NCBI GenBank assembly: GCA_036677065.1
Contig: JAKFBS010000001.1
Coordinates: forward strand, 128,001-192,000
Reading direction: 5' to 3'
Length of the DNA stretch: 64,000 nucleotides
From: Bdellovibrio sp.
GTDB taxonomy: Bacteria; Bdellovibrionota; Bdellovibrionia; Bdellovibrionales; Bdellovibrionaceae
Shown here: positions 53,416 through 61,940 of the stretch, in pieces
How the letters are laid out: every line of letters starts with the position of its first letter
Position numbering within the stretch: the first letter of the stretch is position 1
Made by a program: the position numbers and the translations under genes
The notes under the pieces: model-generated
Seen by the model: only the letters and a program-made list of their open reading frames with translations
The model's database searches: none
Told to the model about the DNA's origin: nothing

Positions 53416-53442
53416 GTAAGCTGCTGAAAAGCTTGAGAAAAA

Positions 53443-53904
53443 TTATTTTTGCGCTCTAAAAAATAGCTTAGTGCCTTCAGCTTGAGTGGGCTGATCTTCT
53501 TCTTCTGGCACCGATACAGAGGCTGTATAGTACAATTCAACATAAGGATTGCCGTCTTTTGTTTTCTTAATGCTTACTTCAATTTGATCGATATACCAAC
53601 AGCCTGGATCATCGCATTCTCTTTCGCCGCGGTAGATAAGAGTTTGATTCTTTTCATCAATCGTCATTTCTTCGTTATCTAAATAAACGCCCGGCCCTTT
53701 TGAGCTGCTGTAGTCCATAGAAATAGTATAAATAAATTGAGCCGGCTCAAACAGATCAGCTTCTTGGACTAAGACTTTTTCAATGGTGACATCGCCATTT
53801 TTACTTGTGCCGAGATACTTTCCGACAAGCGCATCAAGATTTTGATTTTGCGCAAAAGCACTGATTTGAAACAGCATAATTGATAAGGCGGCGATAAGTT
53901 TCAT
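53443..53904 (-). CDS. Hypothetical secreted protein
   Basis: SD AAGGAG, signal peptide, LVGKY.G, ECDDPGC. Confidence 0.75.
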   Translation of the reverse strand: MKLIAALSIMLFQISAFAQNQNLDALVGKYLGTSKNGDVTIEKVLVQEADLFEPAQFIYTISMDYSSSKGPGVYLDNEEMTIDEKNQTLIYRGERECDDPGCWYIDQIEVSIKKTKDGNPYVELYYTASVSVPEEEDQPTQAEGTKLFFRAQK

Positions 53905-53997
53905 AGAAACTCCTTTGTTATGCCGCCAACAATATAGTGATTAACCAGAAACTTCGTCTGTTAGTTTTCTAACAGGGATTTTTTACTTAAAAACAGT

Positions 53998-54390
53998 CTA
54001 TTTTTTCTTAAACAAGGTCTTCACCGTCGAAGCATAAGGCTCAGCAAAGAACGCTAAGTACACCGTTAACAGCCCTAAAATGATCGCTATTGGTAAACCC
54101 TGAGGTTGTAAAAATGCATGCACTAAAAAGATGTGGATCATGATCGGAGCTAAGATCACTAGCGCTAGTGGAACAAAAAATCCGCTCAGCAATAACAATC
54201 CACAAACAGTCTCAGTTAATTTTAAAAATGGCATAAAGTAAGTTGTCGCCATTAAACCTGTTGTGAAAGTCACAAGTTTTTCTGGAAGATCTGGTGGAAC
54301 CGGAACTAAATTTAGTAAACCGGCTAAGCCTGATGCGAACATCACTAAACCAAGTAAAATGCGGGCGATTAATGGTAGTTTTGCTTTCAT
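53998..54390 (-). CDS. DoxX family membrane protein
   Basis: ARILLGL.FASGL, E..CG.LLL.G.FVPLALVILAPI..I...H. Confidence 0.88.
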   Translation of the reverse strand: MKAKLPLIARILLGLVMFASGLAGLLNLVPVPPDLPEKLVTFTTGLMATTYFMPFLKLTETVCGLLLLSGFFVPLALVILAPIMIHIFLVHAFLQPQGLPIAIILGLLTVYLAFFAEPYASTVKTLFKKK

Positions 54391-54446
54391 GAGAAATACT
54401 CCTTGTTTACACCAATCCTGGCACGGGAATTTCTAAAAATGTACAA

Positions 54447-54479
54447 AAAAGAAAAGGCCAGACAGAATGGTCTGGCCTT
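54447..54479 (-). terminator. Terminator after the 54506-55006 gene
   Basis: AAGGCCAGAC-agaatg-GTCTGGCCTT with a U run on the minus strand. Confidence 0.7.
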
Positions 54480-54505
54480 AATAGATTTTATTTATATCTA
54501 TTCGT

Positions 54506-55006
54506 CTATTGTAACTTTGCCGATTCAGTTACCGAGATCGAAGATTTTAAAACTAAGTCGCAAAAATCTCCACCACAAGCTTCACGAGCTTTTTTTTCGT
54601 CAGAAAACATTTTTGTCGCATCAATGGTGGTTGTTACGTCGTACATACCGTCATCACGGTATTCAACAGTTTTGATTTCATAAATGCCGGCAGATTTTCT
54701 TGAAGCAGAAATAAATTGAATAGCCTGGTCACTGATTTTGAAATCAGTCGAGATATTTCCCATTTCAGCTAAACTTGCATAACCTAGGTATATTGAATAG
54801 CGCGGCGATACATCAGTGCTCATTCCGCCGTCTGTCACGATGATGGACAATTTTTTATGTGAAGATCCTAGATTGTCTTTGTCTACTAAACGAATACTTT
54901 TATCAATACTTGAAGGGGCGATGTTTAACTCTTCAGATTGAATTGTTTTAGCTTGGGCTGTTAGCGCCGTTAAAAAGATAAGAGCCGAGATTAAAAAATG
55001 TTTCAT
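54506..55006 (-). CDS. Hypothetical secreted protein
   Basis: Signal peptide; DGGMSTDVSPR, CGGDFC; divergent from the LysR gene. Confidence 0.75.
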   Translation of the reverse strand: MKHFLISALIFLTALTAQAKTIQSEELNIAPSSIDKSIRLVDKDNLGSSHKKLSIIVTDGGMSTDVSPRYSIYLGYASLAEMGNISTDFKISDQAIQFISASRKSAGIYEIKTVEYRDDGMYDVTTTIDATKMFSDEKKAREACGGDFCDLVLKSSISVTESAKLQ

Positions 55007-55104
55007 AAGTTTTCCTGGTTAGATTGTTCGCTAATATATGTACAAAAATTCAATGTATAAATAAAGAGATAGAATTTTATATATAATATCACTATACTGA
55101 TGTA

Positions 55105-55980
55105 ATGAATTCACCACCATATGCCCTAATTGCGTCCTTTCTGGCTTTTACTGAAGCGCACAATATGCAGAGAGCCGCAGAGGCGCTAAAAATTTCACAG
55201 CCGGCGCTAACCAGCCACTTAAAAAGTTTTGAACAGTATTTTCCGCAACCTGTGTTTATCTTTGAAGGCCGCCGAAAAGTGCTAACGTCCTTTGGAGAAG
55301 AAGTGCGAAGCCTTTTTAAAAGTCGATTTGATTACTTGGAAGAGGATTTAAATCTTTTGGCAGAACGATCACAGGATGCCAAGAATATATGGTTTAAGAT
55401 TGCAGGCCGCGGTGAAATTCTGAATTTACTGGCGTCAGCTATAAATTTTTCTGGAACATTAGAATTTGTACCGATTACCACAGAAGCCGTAGCTCAAGGT
55501 TTGCGTGAACGTAAATTTGATATTGGTATTACCTACGATCTTTCTCAAGTTGGTGATTTGCACGCGAAAAAGTTTTTTACCTATGATTATAGCATCGCAG
55601 TGCCATCACGCTGGAAAATTAAAGCTGCCAAGCTTTCACATGAAGTGCTTGAAAAGCTAATTGACTTACCCTATTTGTCACACCGTCCACAATCAGAAAA
55701 TTTGCAAACTTTAGTTGATAAGTACCAGATAAAAAAAAGACCGCACTACAAAAAAGTTATACCTGAATGGACTAAGCTAGCAGAGCTTGCTAGTAATACT
55801 GAAGGCTGGACAATTATGCCAACGCATTTTGCGCGTGATTTGAAAAATGTGGATGTAATTCAAATACCAACGAATTTAATCCCAGAGGTTCAGTTCTATA
55901 TTTTGTACCGCAAAGAATCTTTGGCCCGTTCGGGATTTAAAAATATTTTAGAACAAATGCGCCAAGGCGTTCCAGAATAA
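55105..55980 (+). CDS. LysR-family transcriptional regulator
   Basis: HTH RAAEALKISQPALTSHLK..E, F..GR...LT.FG; 291 aa. Confidence 0.9.
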   Translation: MNSPPYALIASFLAFTEAHNMQRAAEALKISQPALTSHLKSFEQYFPQPVFIFEGRRKVLTSFGEEVRSLFKSRFDYLEEDLNLLAERSQDAKNIWFKIAGRGEILNLLASAINFSGTLEFVPITTEAVAQGLRERKFDIGITYDLSQVGDLHAKKFFTYDYSIAVPSRWKIKAAKLSHEVLEKLIDLPYLSHRPQSENLQTLVDKYQIKKRPHYKKVIPEWTKLAELASNTEGWTIMPTHFARDLKNVDVIQIPTNLIPEVQFYILYRKESLARSGFKNILEQMRQGVPE

Positions 55981-55982
55981 AA

Positions 55983-56765
55983 TTATTTAGCGTTGTTCTG
56001 CTTTAATTCTGGCATAAAACTCGGATTTTCTGCTTTATGATCAGGAAGTGATGCTTTAATTTTTGCTGAAACGCTATCAGCCCAGTAATTTGCTAAATCT
56101 CCAGCGTAATGCAAGTTATCACTTCGATTGGGTAGAATAGCTTTGCCTTTAGATTTAATTTCGCGGCTATCAATGTATGTGCAGCGCTGGCTGACAGCTG
56201 CTTCTAAATTATCGATAAAGGTTTTGATTCTGGGTTGCCCGCATTTTTTTCCGATGACGCCTATTGCAGGCTGTTCGGTCGGACCAACCCAAAGGCATTT
56301 TGATTTTGAACGCAGCTGCGCTAACAGCTCTTTGACCGCTGCCATTTGTTCAGTTTTATCTGTGATATTGCATTTTGAATATAAATCATTTGTACCCAGT
56401 GCGATCACCACTGTCGGTTCGACACCTTGAAATAATTGGCTTGGCGTTGGAAAATCTTTTTTTGGAGCTTTGCCGTTAACCTGGCCGTCTCCGTCACAGT
56501 AATAACCGATGTTTAATTTACGAATAGTTGAATTATCTTTTTTATTCCAGTGCTGGGCCGCTGAGCCGACAACACCATAACGTTTAACCGGAGATTTACC
56601 TAAAACAAGCTCAAGATTTTTTTCTAATCTTTGACCGAAAGTACCCACGGTGTGTGAATCGCCAATGTAGATCACGCGATCGGCCGACGTCGAATTCTGG
56701 CAAGCCAAGCTTTGTGCCCCGCTAAACCAGATCGTTAAGCTAAGAAATATTTTTAAACTATTCAC
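55983..56765 (-). CDS. Exported SGNH/GDSL hydrolase
   Basis: IGDSH, ALGTND, DNLHY blocks. Confidence 0.88.
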   Translation of the reverse strand: MNSLKIFLSLTIWFSGAQSLACQNSTSADRVIYIGDSHTVGTFGQRLEKNLELVLGKSPVKRYGVVGSAAQHWNKKDNSTIRKLNIGYYCDGDGQVNGKAPKKDFPTPSQLFQGVEPTVVIALGTNDLYSKCNITDKTEQMAAVKELLAQLRSKSKCLWVGPTEQPAIGVIGKKCGQPRIKTFIDNLEAAVSQRCTYIDSREIKSKGKAILPNRSDNLHYAGDLANYWADSVSAKIKASLPDHKAENPSFMPELKQNNAK

Positions 56766-56768
56766 TTT

Positions 56769-57602
56769 TTATAAATCAGTTAATTCGACTTGTAGATCAG
56801 TTGCCGGATGATCTGAACCTTTATCGTGAATAAAGCGCGCACGATTAATTTTCATACCGCGCGTGTAAGCATCATCTAGTTGCTTTTTCTTGATCGGGTT
56901 TTCCCAAGGAACTTGTTTTAATCCCGCTGAAGCTAAAATACGTTTTGTTAAAGCAACGCGAGAAGCATTTTTCGTATTAAAATCACCGGCGAATACCACT
57001 GGTCCGTTATGCGCTTTGATTTCAGGTAAAATCATATTTAATTGGCGCTCTAAGGCTTCGTCACCATCCCAATTAATTCCGTGAATACTGATCGCTAATA
57101 ATTTCTTAGCACTTCCTGGCACGGCATAATACGCAAGTACTGTGGCCTTAGGGCTTTTAACAAACGGTTCGATATCTTTTGTTCTGTAAAAATGAACATT
57201 GTGCGGGCGCGCTGCCGAGCCTAACACAGTGCCTGCAGCAATATCGTTTTTCATATCAAAAGATGCAGCTAAGTGCCATTCCCAGCCAGCAATTTTAAAG
57301 CTGTCAGAAACCGGCGATCCAGTTGTTGCTTCTGATAACATAATTAGATCTCTATTTTTTGCCAGCGCTGCAAAAGATTTTTTATAGTCAGCTTTTCTGC
57401 CTTTATAAATATTCCAAGATAGGATGCTTAGCTTTGTTGAATTTAATGTGGGTAAAGAAGCTTGTCCCATCGAATGCATCACATGGGCATCATCAGGAAT
57501 ACTTTCGCATAAAAAAGAACATGAGCCGTAACCCGAACCTGCTGACTGAGCCTGAGGAATTAAAGTTAAAGATAGCAAAGACAGAAGTAATAATTTTTTC
57601 AT
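56769..57602 (-). CDS. Exported endonuclease/exonuclease/phosphatase (EEP) family protein
   Basis: SWNIYKG, LSE, HGIN, AGDFN, LDD, SDHP. Confidence 0.9.
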   Translation of the reverse strand: MKKLLLLSLLSLTLIPQAQSAGSGYGSCSFLCESIPDDAHVMHSMGQASLPTLNSTKLSILSWNIYKGRKADYKKSFAALAKNRDLIMLSEATTGSPVSDSFKIAGWEWHLAASFDMKNDIAAGTVLGSAARPHNVHFYRTKDIEPFVKSPKATVLAYYAVPGSAKKLLAISIHGINWDGDEALERQLNMILPEIKAHNGPVVFAGDFNTKNASRVALTKRILASAGLKQVPWENPIKKKQLDDAYTRGMKINRARFIHDKGSDHPATDLQVELTDL

Positions 57603-57835
57603 ATACCCACCTAGTTGTTGTTCTAGGGGGCTTATCGTCTAGTTAAGGAAGCTGCTTTAAATACTTATAAAATGTAAATCTCATTTGCAGGACTAGACTT
57701 GTCCCTTTTTGAGACCTGTTAAAATTCAGTCAGGGGCATTTTTGCCAGAGTTACCTATATAAAACAACTCCTACGACTAAAGCCCTGTCATGATAATTGC
57801 TCATTCGCCTCAGGATGGAAAACGCGTGTGGTTCA

Positions 57836-58573
57836 GTGAAGTTTAGAGTTTTTGCTTTTGCATTTTTTTTGCTTAGCTCTATAGCTAATGCAGAGATGCC
57901 GCTAGCGACTCCTGATTACCACAACCAGTACGAAATCAATTCTGAAACAGTGTATTTTTCTGACAGTAAATTAGTGCAAAGTGATTTGCGCTTATTAGTT
58001 GGCAGAAAGTTTGATGTTTTTTCAAATCGTGATTTGCGTTTAGCTGTCGGTGGTTATGGGCTTTATCAGGATTCTGAACTTTTTGATTACAGCTATCGTC
58101 ACGGTGCTGTCGCACAGGTGAAACTAAATCTTTGGCGTAATTGGCTATTTTTTGTTTACGAATATCACTATTTTATCACACGCACTGATTCAGATTATCA
58201 AAACGAAAATCGTTTTGGTTTATATGGTGGATACTATTATCAATTTAATGAACGCACCAATTTGGATATTTATGCCGAAACTTTTCATATACCGGATATT
58301 TCGCGCGATCACCCGCTAAGCACCGGCCGCGCAAGTATTTTTTGGGACACAAAACTTTGTGATTTTCACATCCTAGATTTGTTAACAGAAATTTATGCTA
58401 AAGATTCTCCGGCGAGTTGGGGCGGTTCGCGCACTGATTTACGCGTTGGGGTTAAGTTTCAGCCTTGGGATTTCATTGCAGCTAAGCTTTTTGTGCCCGT
58501 GGCCTCTAGCGAAGATGATGCGACTGGTGAATGGCAGGGTCAACTCAACATTTACAAAGTCGGAGATTTTTAA
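57836..58573 (+). CDS. Putative outer-membrane beta-barrel (export porin candidate)
   Basis: Signal peptide KFRVFAFAFFLLSSIANA; aromatic beta strands; C-terminal Phe; start uncertain (57797/57815/57836). Confidence 0.65.
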   Translation: MKFRVFAFAFFLLSSIANAEMPLATPDYHNQYEINSETVYFSDSKLVQSDLRLLVGRKFDVFSNRDLRLAVGGYGLYQDSELFDYSYRHGAVAQVKLNLWRNWLFFVYEYHYFITRTDSDYQNENRFGLYGGYYYQFNERTNLDIYAETFHIPDISRDHPLSTGRASIFWDTKLCDFHILDLLTEIYAKDSPASWGGSRTDLRVGVKFQPWDFIAAKLFVPVASSEDDATGEWQGQLNIYKVGDF

Positions 58574-58576
58574 ATT

Positions 58577-60013
58577 ATGGAAAATATATGGATAATATTT
58601 TCGTATTTTATAATTTCTGCTGTTCTGCTTTTTTGCGTGGACGATTTATTCATCGATTTCATCGCGCTAGTTTTTAATTTAAAGCCAAAAGCGATTTCAA
58701 TGGATCAGCTTGCTAACATGCACAATATGCCCCAAAAACGAATTGCGATTATGATCGCCAATTGGCATGAAGACGACATCATCGAACGTATGATTCATGG
58801 CAATGTCGGGCGTGTTGATTATTTAAATTACGATATTTTCTTAGGCGTATATCCAAACGATACAGCAACCGTTGTCGCGGCTGAGCGGCTCGAGACTGCC
58901 TATAGCCGGGTTCATGTGGTGATCAATAGTAAGAATGGCCCATCGTCTAAAGGGCAAATGTTAAATGAAATTTTTCATCACATTACGGCAAAAGAAATTA
59001 GCGAGAAAAAAATCTACGATATTTTTATGCTGCACGACTCAGAAGATATTATTCATCCCTTGGCGTTAAAATTAGTTAATTATGAAATGGATGAAGCCGA
59101 TTTTTTACAAACACCGGTATTTAGTTTGCCGACCCGTTGGGCTGATTTAACCAGAGCTGTATATATAGATGAATTTACCGAAAGCCATACTAAAGACATG
59201 CTTGTGCGCAGTTTTTTAAAAGGCGGCGTTCCTTCGGCTGGTGTGGGCACTGCGATGTCACACTTATTTGTGTCTGAAATTAGGCTATTACAAAAGGGAC
59301 AACTTTTAAAAGAAGACACATTAACCGAAGATTATCATTTAGGATTGATGGCCCAGCGTCTTGGTTATGAAAGTAAGTTTGTTTGTAACTACGCTCAGAA
59401 AAAAAATCGCATTGATTATATTGCCACACGTGAATATTTTCCGGCATCGATATCCACCTCGGTTCGCCAAAAAACGCGTTGGACTTTAGGGATCAGCTTT
59501 CAAGGTTATGACAACTTAAAATGGTCTAAAACTTTGGCTGAAAACTATTTTCTATGGCGCGATCGTCGTAGTTTTTTAAATGCGATAGTTTTGGTGTTAT
59601 CGTATTCACTTACGTTATCTTATCTGAGTTATTATTTTATATCAGGTGAATGGCCAAAATTTTTAACGAGCGATCATATTTTATTGAGCATACTGTCGTT
59701 AAATTTTTACTTGATGGCGATTCGACTTGTGCAGCGTTATCGCTTAGTGTTTGAACTTAATGGTTTAAAATTAGCGTTATTGATTCCTGCGCGCTGGTTT
59801 TTGGCAAATTATATTAATACTGTGGCCTCATTCGAGGCGTTTAAAACTTATCGTGCCCACATGAAAACAGGAACTCGTCCGCAATGGGTTAAGACGGTTC
59901 ACGAATTGCCAACTTTTTTCGGAGCCACAGCTGTTTCACCACCGCAACTTCATATTGAAAATATAACAAATGAAATGACTTTAAAAAGCCAAACAACGGA
60001 GCAAACTTTATGA
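58577..60013 (+). CDS. NfrB-like GT2 processive glycosyltransferase (short form, no C-terminal MshEN domain)
   Basis: YPND..T, GPSSK, LHDSED, VPSAGVGT, LTEDY, TREYFP, RQKTRW (QxxRW), WRDR, TM helices. Confidence 0.88.
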   Translation: MENIWIIFSYFIISAVLLFCVDDLFIDFIALVFNLKPKAISMDQLANMHNMPQKRIAIMIANWHEDDIIERMIHGNVGRVDYLNYDIFLGVYPNDTATVVAAERLETAYSRVHVVINSKNGPSSKGQMLNEIFHHITAKEISEKKIYDIFMLHDSEDIIHPLALKLVNYEMDEADFLQTPVFSLPTRWADLTRAVYIDEFTESHTKDMLVRSFLKGGVPSAGVGTAMSHLFVSEIRLLQKGQLLKEDTLTEDYHLGLMAQRLGYESKFVCNYAQKKNRIDYIATREYFPASISTSVRQKTRWTLGISFQGYDNLKWSKTLAENYFLWRDRRSFLNAIVLVLSYSLTLSYLSYYFISGEWPKFLTSDHILLSILSLNFYLMAIRLVQRYRLVFELNGLKLALLIPARWFLANYINTVASFEAFKTYRAHMKTGTRPQWVKTVHELPTFFGATAVSPPQLHIENITNEMTLKSQTTEQTL

Positions 60014-61830
60014 AAAGAGCCATTATAAAATTAATTAAACATTGTACACTAATTTTGATGTTTCCTGCGATCACTCAGGCCGCTACAGATTGTGTACAAG
60101 TTTACTATGATCGCGGCCCACAAGATTATTGGATTGGCCATGCCAACGCCGTATTCATGCAAAATCTTTTAGGGCATTTTCCGCATTTGCAGCAAGTTGT
60201 AGTGCCGATCGAAAAATATAAAAAAGGTGATTTAAACCGTTGCAAAGCCAGCGTTTATATTGGAACGCACTTTATGGCGCAAATCCCTGAAGATTTTCAC
60301 ACCGATTATATCAACACGACCAAAAATGTTGCGTGGCTTGGATATAATATTTGGCGCAAGCCCGAAGTTTTAGAAAAAGTGTTTAACTATCGTTATAACC
60401 AATTAACCACCTTGGATACGACACGCCTGGATCAATCAGCAAAACCCACTTATTTTAAATGGATTGATTATAAAGGCGAAAGATTCAAAAAATTCGGCGA
60501 ATGGAGTGTGACACTGCCGCGAATTTTTCATGCTCCTTTTGAAATGAGTGCGATATCACCACTAGATATGGTGAGTGCACAAACACAAATACTAGCCGTC
60601 GCTGAACACAATGGAACAGGTGAAAGACTTCCATACATTTTGCGCAATAAAAATCATTTCTATGTGGCCGATTCGGTATTTAGTTATATGCATGAATCAG
60701 ATCGCTATTTGGTGTTTTCAGATTTAGTTTTTGATATTTTAAATGAAAAGCCACGTCACAAGAAAAAGTTTGCAGTGATGCGCATCGAAGATGTGCACCC
60801 GTTAATTAACAATGATGTTTTGCAGTTAATCTCTAAAACTCTGAAAAAACTAGATATACCCATTAATATTTCGATTATTCCTTTTTATTACGATTCACTT
60901 AAGTATGATGATCGTCCGGCCAAAGAAAGTTTTATGCCAGCTTCGCAGCGCCCGAACTTCGTATCTTGGATTAAAGATCTTCAAGCCCAGAAGGCCACAT
61001 TTATCTGGCACGGTATTACGCATCAGTACAGTAAGCTTAAAAATCCGCACACCGGTGCTTCTGGTGATGATTTCGAGTTTTGGAATGCCCGCACAAATAA
61101 ACCCATTGCTGAAGATAGCGCAAAGTACGTAGTTGATCGCATGTTTATTGGTTCGAAAGAGCTAAGTAAAGTAAATATCAAACCTTACATTTGGATTACT
61201 CCGCATTATCAGGCATCGGCGTTAGATAATATTTTATTTTCATATCTGGTTCCATGGTCTATGGGGCGCATGATTTATCAAAATTTTGAATTAAAAAGTC
61301 CAATGCCTGCACATAATCGCAGTACTTGGTTTACAGATGGTGATGTGGCTAAGCAGAAGGCCCGCCAAGGTTATTTAGGTAATATTAAATTAGAAACAAC
61401 TTCTCCGTGGAGCGGCCAATTATTTCCGTACGAAATTTACGGTGATGTTTATGGGCAGCGTGTGCTTCCTGAAAATTTAGGTAATGTACAACCAAGGCAA
61501 AACGATCAAGTGGTGTTTCCGCGCACTGCCGATGAAATTATTGCCGATGCAAAAAGAAATTTAGTGCTTCGCGATGTGTGGGCTTCCTATTTCTATCATC
61601 CGTTTTTGTTTCAAACTCCAGAAACGCTTCTTCGTCCAGAACATTTGCCGGCTGGTCACCCGATCAAAACCCAAGCCGACTTTGATGGCGACACGCGTGA
61701 AATGGAGCGTGTGGTGTTAGAACTTAAAAAAATGGGCTACGAGTTTATCAACATCGAAGATTTCGCGAGACAAAATGTCGATGTGTTAAGACCCGAACCA
61801 AAAGTAAATTGGGGCAATTCTTTAGAGTAA
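60010..61830 (+). CDS. DUF2334 polysaccharide deacetylase-like exported protein
   Basis: RIEDVHP, HGITHQ, FEFW, PHYQAS, PENLG, YFYHP; ATGA overlap with the GT gene. Confidence 0.82.
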   Translation: MKRAIIKLIKHCTLILMFPAITQAATDCVQVYYDRGPQDYWIGHANAVFMQNLLGHFPHLQQVVVPIEKYKKGDLNRCKASVYIGTHFMAQIPEDFHTDYINTTKNVAWLGYNIWRKPEVLEKVFNYRYNQLTTLDTTRLDQSAKPTYFKWIDYKGERFKKFGEWSVTLPRIFHAPFEMSAISPLDMVSAQTQILAVAEHNGTGERLPYILRNKNHFYVADSVFSYMHESDRYLVFSDLVFDILNEKPRHKKKFAVMRIEDVHPLINNDVLQLISKTLKKLDIPINISIIPFYYDSLKYDDRPAKESFMPASQRPNFVSWIKDLQAQKATFIWHGITHQYSKLKNPHTGASGDDFEFWNARTNKPIAEDSAKYVVDRMFIGSKELSKVNIKPYIWITPHYQASALDNILFSYLVPWSMGRMIYQNFELKSPMPAHNRSTWFTDGDVAKQKARQGYLGNIKLETTSPWSGQLFPYEIYGDVYGQRVLPENLGNVQPRQNDQVVFPRTADEIIADAKRNLVLRDVWASYFYHPFLFQTPETLLRPEHLPAGHPIKTQADFDGDTREMERVVLELKKMGYEFINIEDFARQNVDVLRPEPKVNWGNSLE

Positions 61831-61940
61831 CTCACTTTAGGCGATCGCCGTGTGATCGCCGTCAAGGCACAGACTTTGTAGAACAAGTAAAACTTATCGA
61901 CCCGTTACTTTGTTAATTTTTGAACAAGAAAGAAGGAAGC

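Noticed and set aside
54417..54440. TGGCACG sigma54-like site on the plus strand
   Set aside because: The -12 element reads TTTCT, and no credible plus-strand gene follows (54403-54675 is an antisense shadow)
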